NCBI GenBank assembly: GCA_032718475.1
Contig: JAUCBJ010000246.1
Span: 11,370-75,369 of the forward strand
Length of the DNA stretch: 64,000 nt
Source of the DNA: Nemertoderma westbladi
Taxonomy: Eukaryota; Animalia; Xenacoelomorpha
Direction of reading: 5' to 3'
Shown here: in pieces, positions 37,199-49,800 of the stretch
How the letters are laid out: each line of letters starts with the position of its first letter
How positions within the stretch are numbered: the stretch's first letter is position 1
Made by a program: the position numbers and the translations under genes
The notes under the pieces: generated by a model
Databases searched by the model: none
What the model was told of the DNA's origin: nothing
The model's input: the letters and a program-made list of their open reading frames with translations, nothing else

Positions 37199-40100
37199 AT
37201 GTCTGACACTCAGCAAAACCTGTCGGACAGTCTGATCGATACAACTATCTGTGATTCAGATAGGAGTGTGGAGCGAATAAGAAAGGAGTTCGGCTCACCT
37301 CCTACTGTAAAAAAGGTCATCCCTCCAGTAGTATCAGACCCTAGGCTAGTCCACCATAGGTCCATCATAGGCACTAGGGCACAGGTAAAACGGGACCAAG
37401 AGGCAGTTGTCTTATCGCAGCAACATCTTGGTCAAGAACCTACTTCCCAGCGACCCGATAGCTCCAGCAGTTCGGATACTGTAGAGCTGACTCCCGAACA
37501 TGGAGTGCAGATGTCTGATACAGTCTACTCGGACCCCCTTCTTACTCTTCCTGCTGCAGTGCTAACTACTATATTCATTGCGGTGGAGGAACATCAAGCC
37601 GACTGGGCGAAGAATAAGCGAGCGACCCAAGATAATTACGCGGGATACGCCAGGGAAGAATTGATATCTATTGTTGAATCACAATGGAACTTTCCCGGAC
37701 TCGGACTTCCGTTGGATATGTCCGAGGCTACTTGGGAAGAGCTACACAGGATGGGAGTGGCTAAAGATACAATGGATCCAGCTGTTTGGAAGAGGTCGGC
37801 AGCAGGATATGTGCAGGGATTCTTCGGATCCTTAGAGCGATTGGAAGAACAACTGTTTCGACAACCTCACGGACCTCAAGAGCAGGAAGAGCTGCTATAC
37901 CAAGTACGCGAAAGAACCCTACGCATTCGACTAATCCTCTCAGCCTTTGAGGAAACTTCCAAAAGAAGACAGGACACTTCGCTGCAGGTTGCTGTCAAAA
38001 CTTGGCTACATCGGGTAGATCTCAAAGTACAGGAAACAGCCCCGTGGAAATCCCAGCTGGCTGAGAGATCAACCTATGAAGAACCAACTGATGTCACCGA
38101 ACCAACTGATGTCACCCGTGCTCAAGAGGAAAGCGAAGAGGCCGCCGAGAAACCGCGAACTAGAGACGCTATCGACATTTATTTGTCCGACTATCAGCGA
38201 TTCCTAGGAGACGAAGAGTTGAGGAGACGGCTGTCTGGACTTTCCCCTAATAGTGAAGGAACCAAGCTTGTGTTGGACTCAATCGATGCCGAAATGTTAG
38301 CTGCAAACCAAGCTGAATGTGATGAAAAACTCCGCCTCACTAGAGTCCGAGAAGAACAAATAAAGAAAAGAAGGATAGAGGAACAAAAAACGGCGGCTAT
38401 GGCGGCGGCTATAGCAGATGCAGAAGCAGAAAGTAAAGCAGCAAAGGCGGTGGCAAAGGCAGATGCAGAAGCAGAAAGGAAGGCAGCGGCTGCAGATGCA
38501 GAAGCAGAAAGAAAGGCAGCGGCTGCAGATGCAGAAGCGGAAGAAAAAGCAGCAAAGGCGGTGGCAAAGGCAGAAGCAGAAGCAGAAATGAGAGCATTTG
38601 AGCAGACTGCTCAACTGGAGTTGGAGAATCTGCAAGAGACACAAGACAGTATAACTAAACAGTTTACTGCTAATCAAATGCAGATGATGAGAAAATCTAC
38701 TCCCAAGCGCCAGGGGTACACATCCTCGGAGGAAGGCGATACTACCGACCCTGAAGGCGGAGGAAATAGATCCCATCTAAGTAGACGTAGAAAAACATAT
38801 TACCGTCGCAAATTGCCTGATTTGCCCCCAGCTGTTAAAAGACAGCTAACTAGCACAGATTTAGGTAGTGCAGAACCCATGGAACAATTTATCCAGGTCA
38901 AAAGACTCCCTACTATAGTCGATGAACCTGAAATAATTAGGCCTGTAGTTCCCAAAGTCACTTCTGTGCTAGAGACCCCTACACTTCCAGAGCTTAACTC
39001 TAAATTCCCTTTACATAGCACTACACTGCCTGTACCCGGTGGAACAGTCCATGCAAATACCCCTGTCCAGATAGCAGAGAGAGAAATCAATAATTTGTCT
39101 CCCGTCGTCCCGCGTCAGCCCGCTACTATGTTGGCGACTCCCGCTTCGGCGGTTGAGTGGGTGGAAGAGGGACGGCGGGGGATGAATCTTCTGCTAGGAC
39201 AGATGCAGGAGACTGTCCACCAACTTAAGGGAACAGTGAGGGAAGGTAGAGCAGAGTTGCAAGAAGTGCAGCAAAGTATCGCGCTAGAACGCGACAAATT
39301 AGTCAATATACAAAAAGGCATACCAATGCCTCCTGTAACATTGTGTCAACCCGTTAGGTCTGAAGTATTACATGCGCAAGGTGTGGAGCCTACACGCATC
39401 TATACTGCTAGTGAAGTTGAAACTCCTATAGCAAACCCTATTAAGGGTGATTATAGACCTGTTATTAATGATATTCCCTATAAACCTGATAATGATCCGA
39501 GAAATTTATATACCGATAATTCGATATTAAATAACACGATGGCCCAAGAAAGCTTTACGCGTCAGATGGCTAGAACAGAAGCCCGCCAAGCGGTCAAAGT
39601 GGGAGAGATCGTCAAATTCAATGGAGATGAGATGAAATGGTTACCTTTCAACGAATATTACAAAGATAGCATACAGAACTCTGTACTATCTAACGGAGAG
39701 AAACTTAGATTCCTCATCAAGTGCTTGGAAGGACCTCCCAAGTTAATGGCGTTAAAGTTTATTGGACATCCAGAAGGATTAAGACAAGTTTGGGATACAT
39801 TAAACATCAGGTATGGTAACAAAGATAACATAGCTAAGTATTTGTATACAAAGTTAGTAGCCCCCCGACACTTCCTTAGTAGTGGGATTATAGAGTTTTC
39901 CGATGAAATACAAGAGATCTGTAGACAACTGGACTGGTTAGGTAAGTCGCACGAATACCAGAGTTCCATGGTTATTGGAGCCGTAGTCTCTACTTTACCA
40001 AAGGGTGGAGTATGTACACGCTGGGACAAGAAAGTGTTGTACATGAATGAACAACAACGACGAAGTCCTACCATGGCTGATCTCATGTCTTTCTTAGATG

Positions 40101-43100
40101 GTTAAGTCAAATTACAACTCATCAAGCAGTCCAGAGAGAAAACATCGGAAAATAAGGTAAGTGAGAAACCTACTTCTAGGAGAAGAGTAACACCGGTGTG
40201 TTACACTGACGACGGCGAAAGCCAAGCTTCCCAAGAAGAGGACAGCGGGAAAGATACAGACAGATCGTATTATGTTGACAAAACCTCCAAGGACGTAAGT
40301 AAATACAAAGCTCGAACCAATAATAGGAGAGAACAAGTTACTAAGACCCCTCCTCAGTCTCCTAACAGAATGCGCGGAAGAAAGCCCGAAGAAAGAACGA
40401 GAGTGCATCAGACTACCCAGGGTAAAGTAAGTAACATAAAACCTAACTGTGCGCTGTGTGACGGGACCCACCGTTTGAGTGCGTGTGCGGAATTTCTAAA
40501 GAAATCCCTTGTAGACAGACGTACAGTTGTGTGGGACAAGCGGTTATGTTATAATTGCCTCAGACCAGGACACCAACGGCGAACCTGTTACTCCGACATA
40601 AAGTGTGAAAAGTGTGGTGCGAAACATCACATCTTGTTACATAGTGAGTTCGAACGAGACAAGCCGAGTCAGGTAAGTGAGTCCGAACTACATGTCCAAT
40701 TCAGTGATGTAAACGACACTGATCAGGAGTCTGAGATGGAGGGATTTTATACTGACGAATTCTCCGACGTCAATGAATCCTGTTATCTAATAAACACCAC
40801 GGTGTATCGAGCACTTACTTACGAAAAGGATATCAGCGAGGAGTTTCCCCCTACTACTTTTACCAAACAATCATCTTGGAAAGCTCCTACTTCCAATGTA
40901 GGAATCAGAGAATTTCCTGTAGTTCAGGTAAGAGTTCATGGTATTAACAAAAGCTACATAGTGAACGCCCTACTTGACTCAGGCAGCACAGGAACATTCA
41001 TAGATCAAGAGCTAGCCGAAGATATCTTTGCTGGACAACCCAAGTTCCGGACTAAATTGAATATGTCAGGAATTATGCAGGTTTGGAAATCTACCCTGAC
41101 GGCAGATTACTATGTAGGTGAGTTGTCCACCCCCCAGGATAAGTTAGGAACACAAGGTGTAAGGTCAGTAAAAATGGTGGCTATAAAGAACTTTGCTACT
41201 ACTCAAGCAGACCTTTATAATTGGGACGAAGATGAGAGCGTCCAACATCTTAAGATACCTCGATTCCAGACAGATTATCCTGGAGTGCAAATACTTATCG
41301 GCCAAAACGCGCACGAGGCGCTCGAAACATTAGAGAAACGGCCTGCTCAACCACAGCCACTGCAAACTTATGCGGTAAGAACTAGAGTAGGTTGGTACTT
41401 TACTGGCCCTTCCCGTAGAACTTTAGAAGAAAGAATGCCACACGAACAAATAGATCAGGTAAGTGATTGGGAAGAGGAAAACAGCGAAGTGGACGAACCA
41501 ACTGAGGGAACCCCATACTCCTCAGATAATGACGACATCTACCAACTCTTCGAAGAAGAGAAGACAATTGACCTACTTACCGAAAACCAAACTTGGAAAA
41601 ACCAAACGAACCTATGTCAATTGATTCGCCCAACGGAACCCACTATTTATAATGACGAACTTAATGACGAGGTAGAGCGCTACAACGCTAGAACTCGGGA
41701 CGAACTCGCCGTACGATTCTTTACCCAAGAATTGGTAGAACCCAATTCATACGACAAAGCCCTGTCGATAGAAGAAGAAAGAGCCAAGCAAATCCAGGAA
41801 ACAACCACACGTTTTTTAAAAGATCAAGGTAGATATGAAATCGGACTACCCTTCCGAAAACGTGAACCCAGATTTATAAATAACAGACCCTTGGCTGAGA
41901 AAAGAATCAATCAATTACATCGACGTCTGACGGCAAACGCTTCAGCTAAGGAAATGTACCAGACTCAGTTGAAGAAATTTATCACAAAGGGATATGCGGA
42001 GCGAGTACCGGAAGGAACTCCCATAACTGAAAGGACTTATTATCTAACACATCATTATGTTCCCAAACCCGGTAAACCCCATGAAGTACGGGTTGTATTT
42101 GATGGCTCCGCCCTATATATGGGCCAATCCCTTAATTCCGAGTTGTTACCAGGACCCAACTTGCTCCAATCTTTGTTGGGGATACTGTTGAGATTAAGAC
42201 AATATTCCATCGCGTTCGCCTCCGATATAGAAGGAATGTTCCTACAAGTCAAGGCGTTGGATCGTGATAGAGACAGCCTAAGATTCCTGTGGTGGCCTGA
42301 AGGAGATCTCAACCAGACAATTTAAAGTCCCTTCCATCAGTAAAGGAAGCCATTGATGTCGCGAAAGGGATGGTTGAGTGTTTGAAAAGAGGTGGATTTC
42401 GGTTGACGAAGTTCACCAGCAACTCCCGTGAGTTTCTGGAAGCAATATCTGTAGAAGACCGGGGGTCAAAAGATCTCGACTTAATACATGATGATCTTCC
42501 GGAAACCAAGACACTTGGCTTGAAGTGGGACACAGAAAGAGACATCCTGTTTTTTCAGTTAAAACAGCGAGATAATCCAGTTCGGACCAAACGGATTTGT
42601 TTAAGTATTCTGAGCACTTATTTCGATCCCTTGGGATTTATTAGCCCAGTTATATTGATTGCTCGGAGTTTAGTACAACAAATGTGGCTGGAAAACCACT
42701 CGTGGGACGATCCACTCAAGGGAGAACTATTAAAGAAATGGATGAAATGGGAGGATTCGCTACCTGCCATCGAGAACTTTATAATTTCCTGTTCATATTT
42801 TGGTCATGTTCTCCCTACGTATTCCTATCAACTCCATGTATTTGGAGATGCCAGCGATATGGGGATCGGTATCGTAGCATATCTGCGAGTCGAAACTCCG
42901 GATGGAATCAAAGTTGCCTTGGTTACCTCTAAGGCATTGATTAACAACAAGCTTAAGGTTCCTCGAGCGGAGTTAAAAGCAGCATTATACGCTACCGCTA
43001 TCGGACGGAATGTAACAGAACAGATCGATTATCCACTGGAGAAAACCGTTTATTGGACCGACGCTTTACTTGTATTGGAATATATAACGAATGAAGTCTG

Positions 43101-45192
43101 TCAGTTCAGCGTCTTTGTTACTAACAGAGTGGCCATTATTCTTAGTCGCACAACGATAGATCAATGGAGACATTGCCCTGGTACGATTAACCCAGCTGAC
43201 ATCGCCTCCAGAGGAGCAACTCCACAGGAACTGATAGATACCCCTGACTGGTTGGGTGGACCCGACTTCTTGAGCAAGGAAGAGGATGAATGGCCTCCTC
43301 ACCTTACTACGGCTGAGATTAGACAAGCCAAGGGAGCGGAGAAAGTCAAACCCAAAATTCGGACAAGTAAATCGAAGTTATTTAAACCTACAATCGACCT
43401 ATCTGTACTACATACTGCCGAGAACGATACTTCGGATCCACAATCCCTCACCACAAACAAATCTGTTGTGGAAATTAGAGATAGAAATTGGAAATCTGAG
43501 ATACCAGACGTCTCGCAAGGAATCTCACCCCTGCTGCAGAGAGCACTGCATCATTACAGTTCCTGGAATCGTCTCTGTAAAGCTATCACATACTTAAAGA
43601 GATGTTTTCACCATCATTACTCCAGGAAGAAAACCACTAGTGATCCTGCTCCGGTAACATCTGCGCAAGTTCATGTTATTAAAGATCTACCTAAGTACAA
43701 GATATCAGACCGGTTTCTAAAGGAGAAGATCAGCTACCAGGAGCATGAAGAAACTAATAAGCAGATACTGAGACTATTGCAATGCTATGAGGATTCCGAT
43801 AGGTATTTTCTGCTATTAAGAAATCCGCAGATGCGCTTAAGGGATCGCTTCTCTAGCACAATGATAGATGGGTTAATACGCGTTGGAGGAAGACTTACCA
43901 ACGCTCCATTATCTTTTGATACTAAATTCCCTATACTCATTAGTAATCTTGAAGTACAAATCAAGATGATTGTAGATGTTCACAGTAAACTGTATCATGC
44001 TGGTAGAGAACGAGTTCTTAGCGAGATTCGAACCCGCTATTATTTTCATAAACCACGTAGAGCTCTGAATCAAGTTCTTAGGAACTGCATACCTTGTAGG
44101 AAAGTATTCAGTAGGCCTTTAACACAGCGAGAGGCAGAATTACCTAGGGAACGAGTAAGCTTTTATGAACCACCCTTTACTAATACTGGTGTGGATTTAT
44201 TTGGCCCTATTGAAGTATATCGTGCTAGAACTATAATCAAGAGATGGTGTGTAATCTTTGTCTGCATGACTTGTAGAGCTATCCATCTCGATATGGTGAA
44301 CGATCTATCTACTAACAGCTTCGTCTTATGTCTACGACGACAGATCGCTCGTTTCGGCACTAGCAATACGATGAGATCCGATAAGGGAACGAACTTCATT
44401 GGTGCCAACAACGAAATCCAGGCTTACGTAAAGGACTGGAATCAAAGACAGGTGGATGACCAGCTACGGATAACGGCGTCTAGCTGGACCTTTAACGCCG
44501 CCGACGCCCCTTGGTGGGGAGGAAGTTGGGAGAGATTGATTCGAAGTGTCAAGACCGCATTTCACTTTATAGTGCCGTGCCGCGCATATCTCACCGACGA
44601 ACTTCTACGGACGTTAATGGAAGAAATCGCTGCCTATCTTAACGAGAGACCGCTTATGCCAGTCTCATCGAGTGTCGACTCCCTGGAAGCGCTAACACCC
44701 TCGCATTTCCTACTTAAGAAACCTGTAGCCATGCTCCCAAAATCCGAGATTGCCGACGGAGATGAATACTGTCGTCGAACTTGGCAGCTTATGCAGTTGC
44801 TATCCCGTCGTTTCGCTGACCATTTTGAGAAACATTATCTGCCCACGCTACAACTTCGAACTAAGTGGTTTGCGCAGCAGGAAAATGTCAGCGCCGGAGA
44901 CATGGTCCTTATTGTAGATCCGGACCTCCCACGTAGACGGTGGCAGATCGGTCGTATCATCGAGACGCACATCTCGGAGGATGGTCTAGTGCGCTCAGTA
45001 GAACTCGTCGTAATGCGGCGTAACTTCAAGAAACCCGGAATAATCTTTGAGACGCAACAACTCAATCGCCCAGTTGGTCGTTTATGTTTGCTGGAAAGAG
45101 ACAGAGAACTCTCCGGAAACTATGGAAGACAAGACACTCTTCCCACGACCACCTCCCTAATACCTCAAACATCTAGGGACTCCCAAACGTGA
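37199..45192 (+). pseudogene. pol: BEL/Pao gag-pol with an in-frame stop and an RT deletion
   Basis: Capsid (KFNGDEMKW...LIKCLEGPP), three CCHC knuckles, protease LLDSGS, RT RVVFDGS...SDIEGMFLQV, RNase H FGDAS...WTDA...NPADIASRG, integrase GVDLFGP/SDKGTNF/GGSWERLI. TAA at 40103-40105; frameshifting deletion at ~42322. Confidence 0.95.
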
Positions 45193-46809
45193 TACGTCTG
45201 GAGTGGGTGTATGACTATATTATTTTATCTATTTTATTACATTTTATATGCGAACTTTATTATGTACTTTATTATAATCGTTTTTATTTAATTTTAATTA
45301 GTAAAATGTTATTTTAGAATGTTAGTAGATTAGTGCAATATATTAATGTTTATTACGTACATAATTACTTATAATATATATTTAGTGCGACGGCAAGAAG
45401 TAATTATTTTCTCTTTCCTTACTGTCCGTATTATATTATAAATGCGAGACTATAGTAAGATGACATGTCAGTACTTCTTAAAGTACAATAAAAGCCACTA
45501 CTATATTTAAGTATTATTGGTAGGCAGAGTATTAGGAATGCAAAGTTCAGATCCTCGTGTCTCGGCTAAACCAAGCTCTGGGTAGACCTTGGAAACGACT
45601 TGCCTCTTCACACTGACATTGCTTCGTGCGATATTGCTCTTCTACCTTATAACAAATAATACATATAGTAGCGTGATGTCCCTCTAACAGTAGCGTCAAT
45701 CGCAAATAAATCTGTTAAACTTTTGACCATCTGTAATTCTAGTCGATTAAGATATCGTGGCACCCACCGATATACTTGAAAGACAAATTCTAGAATCAGT
45801 GGTTAACGTCCCCAGACAAGTTCTGGAATAAATTGGTGCCCATCCTAAATATTAATTTAATATTTGTTAAAATCTGTAAAATCCCGATCCTTTAAAATTT
45901 CTAGTCAATTAAGATATCGCAGTATTTACCGATATTCTTAGAAGGACTACTTTACAGAATTAAGGATCCTGAGTCCCCAGATATGCTCTGGAATAAAATT
46001 TATGTCAATTTAATATCAAATAATAAAATTCACGGGAATAAATTTAAATTCATATTCAAATGAATTTCATAAATTGTCATTTTGTGCAATTTACAACATT
46101 CCCAAAATTCCAGTAATTAATAGATCATGGGAGCGGAGATTCATATTGAGTGTACTAGAGTGTGAGAATCTCCAACATATAGTCAATAGCCAATAAAATT
46201 TATAAAATCATGCATAAAGAAGATATTGACAATTAAAGAATTACTATTAAATAACATCCCAGATCTGTATACATGAGAATTGCCCTAATTCTACCGCTAG
46301 TTTTCCATAATGTCACCATGGCAACACCCACGCTAGAATTAGAAGCAAATTAAAGGAACAATAAAAGCTTGCCCCATTGCGTAGCATAAGAGTATACATA
46401 GCGCTATTAGTATCCAAGGATACATAGTAATAACGTGACATTCTGGAAGACACTGACTAACGGACAAATGGCATGCGTGTGTGCAGTAAGTAATGATTGT
46501 ATGGAATTTGTGCGTTTGTAGGTGAATGTTACTACTAAAGTGTGTTTACCGTAGCTAATCGCAATTGTAAAATAGCCCTAACTCTACCGAGATAACCTCA
46601 AGTGGATTCAAGCCTTTGGGACGGACAGTGGTGGGACTTGTGCCGGTTATCGTTGTCGTGCTGTTGCTACATGTTGGCGTAAACACTGCGACAGCGGTAC
46701 ATCGGCGCTGAGAAACCCACTGTCCAGGGGCAAAAAGCCTAATAGGCAGCGACGCCCGCTTGCCTAAAATATTAATTTATATTGATATTAACAAACTCAG
46801 ATAGCAGAT

Positions 46810-49800
46810 ATGATGGAATTGATAGAAGATGACCTTGGTATTAGAGAGCGATATACTCTACCTTTACAAGCGTTTGTGGATAGCTTGATACGCGGTGAAG
46901 CCGATCCGACTATTACGGAGGACGATGGTCGTTATATCGAACCGCCGATGTCCCAGGAACAACTTACGCGTGAAGTGGACTATAGAAAATTCACCGCTCG
47001 CTATACGAATCGCAATGGTACGTATATGGACTTCTTAACTACCGGCCATCCCACCGATTTACATGATACCGATGATGTAGACACCGAAAGGGAAATGGTT
47101 TTATTTAAATATCATACCCAGCGGAATCGTAATGACAAACCGAGAATAGAACACGAGAACTCTATTCGCAACCTACTCGACAGAGAAAACGTTGAAGAAC
47201 CCGATAAGCGTATCAACTTCAACGACTACGTGGAATTTTTGCGGGAAACCTATCTCAATATTGCCAGTCAACAGAACCTAGAGACTCGATATCCTCAAGG
47301 TATACATCACGATCCCATGGTAGAACTCAAACGACTCTATTTCACCATGATGTATCTTACTGCAGATCGTCCACTGCCTGTTGTCCCGGACAGTTTTGAA
47401 CAAATGGAAGAGTATTGCAAAACTGGTGAACGATCACCCGCGTTTCCTCTGCAGGACGTACGTCTTTGGTATTATTGTGACTCATGTCCTAGACCTAACC
47501 AGCAAACGGAAAGACATAAACATCCGCGGAGACGTTGTGCTAAACACAGTTTTACGCGTTATACTTACGGGAGTTTCGAGCGAAACCTGTTCGACGTATC
47601 ACCTACGATCGCCCGTCTAAAACGATCGCTAAATAAACCCATGATCAGAGTTCCGGAATACTCGGTCAGACCTCCCCATTTCCCCGTGAGACCTCAAACT
47701 CTTGATCCTAACAGTCTCACTGATCCTCCCGAGTTATACTCACTGTTCAAGGATTTGGTGTTGCCCGAGCAGTTAATCGGTGGTGTTCCTGAGGTAGGTT
47801 CGTTGGATATTCGACCATCCTATTTGACCGGATTGGGACGCGGACATCTAACATCGCCATTTAATCCTTACAACCGGCCAGGATTAACTCCGATACAACC
47901 TGCCACGGAAGTCGAGGAGAGTGTCATCAGAAACGCTCTAGACGCCATCCGACAGAAAATCGGAAAGGGAACCCAGGATTTTCTAGAGAAACGTAAATTA
48001 CAGCAGCAGGTCCAATCGGTGAAAGAGCTAGCCTTGCCGCAGTTTGATAGAGAAATCCAAAACCTCGAAGAGGACATCGAGCTTGGACGTACGTATTCTC
48101 TACAGGAGTTTCTGGAAGAACGCTTACAGAAACAGGCGGAGGAGAATCAAATGGAGGAGAGACATACGGAAATGGATGAGAGAGAAGAAGCCGCTTTAGC
48201 CCAACCCGAAACTCAGATACTCATAACAGATCTCTACTCTAAAACCGTCCGTCATCCCTCGATGGTTCCGCATTTCGGAGACAAACTTTTCGCAAAGATA
48301 CAACCCCAACCGGTTGATATCAGCATAAGATCGCAAAATCTTATCGCTGACGCTCCTATGTTACAGCATCCGCCAATCGAGGCCGCTCGAGTTGACGGTA
48401 TACTCGTTGAACCTCCGGACAATCGAGCGGATCTTGTCCGTCGTATGGTACATGATGTCAACATACGCGCTAGACCTTTACAGAACTCTTTTTATGGAAT
48501 TAAAGATCACCCTTATTACGTTAATCTGACTCAATATTATATGGTAAAACCAGAAGATCCGACGCATGATTTAAAGTTTCTACCGCTAATAAATCCTCTA
48601 GACATTGTCGAACTCGAACAATTGCAAAAACATCTGGATCAATTAGTAAAGGCAAACTCATTTCGAAAACCATACAATGTTTCTCGAATAGAGAAGGATA
48701 CAGAACCTCCTTATAACCTCGATGGATTTATTAAAACTCGATTAGTCCATTGGAATCTAGACGTATTATTTGAGGAGGAGAAAATCCAAAGATATGGAAA
48801 TGTGGAGACGTATACCACTCGATATATGAAGTATAGTGATCTCCCTGACGCTAATCAATGCGCCACCTTGTGGCATCCGGTAGGGATGACCCTCGAGAAC
48901 GCCACCAAAGAGTGGAATGAAACTCTTAATATCATTGAGATGTATGGAGTTGTTACTTATGATAACGAAGGTAGCGTTCCAATCGGAGAATTAGGAACTA
49001 CGCGCATGATACACATACGTGGATTAGCTGGCTCCACTCACGTGTTTACGCGAGCGTGTTCCGACGTGATCGATTATTCCTTCGAAACTCTCACCGAAAC
49101 GCAAAAGAATCTCCGACATGGACAATTCGAACTCGCGCAGCGTTACGTCATTGACACCGAACGCAAACCGGCCATGGGTATCGATGGATCGATGTTACCC
49201 CAGCCCGTTCTCGAGATGTTATTCAACGAAAGAATCGTTAAAATCGGCTCAGCTGTTTACGGAGATCTCCAAAACGACTTTCGGAATATGGAGAATATCC
49301 CCTATCCTTTCGTGGATACTCAGCTGATAGCTCCTTGGGCCGAAGGCCGAGGTTTCTTTCGCACCATGTATGCTAATGTGTCTAGCAACATTACAAAGGT
49401 GCAACGAACTTCCATCGGACATCTTGCCTTTCAGGAATACGGGTGGAATTTCAAGGTCGGAAATCCCATCAACTATCAACAAGTATACGGAGACCATTAT
49501 TCTCGATTATACTTTGACGGACCGTTGACCGCACCTGGCGCCGTGTATAGCTTCATGAGTGTTCCACTCCGTCCCTCCTTAGCTATCTACACGATCTTCG
49601 AAAACACCGCACTTTCCGGTTGGCTATCCGATGTGTGCAGTCGTACTATACGCGCCCATCCATTAATCCTTGGGACCAAACTCGCTAAGCTAGATGAACA
49701 TAATAAATTCATCCGCTTTGAATGTTTCCGACGGTTTTTAACCCCGTTTCGCAACGTGGATAGCCAATTCAAAGACCGCGCTTTGACCAAGCTCAGCTTA

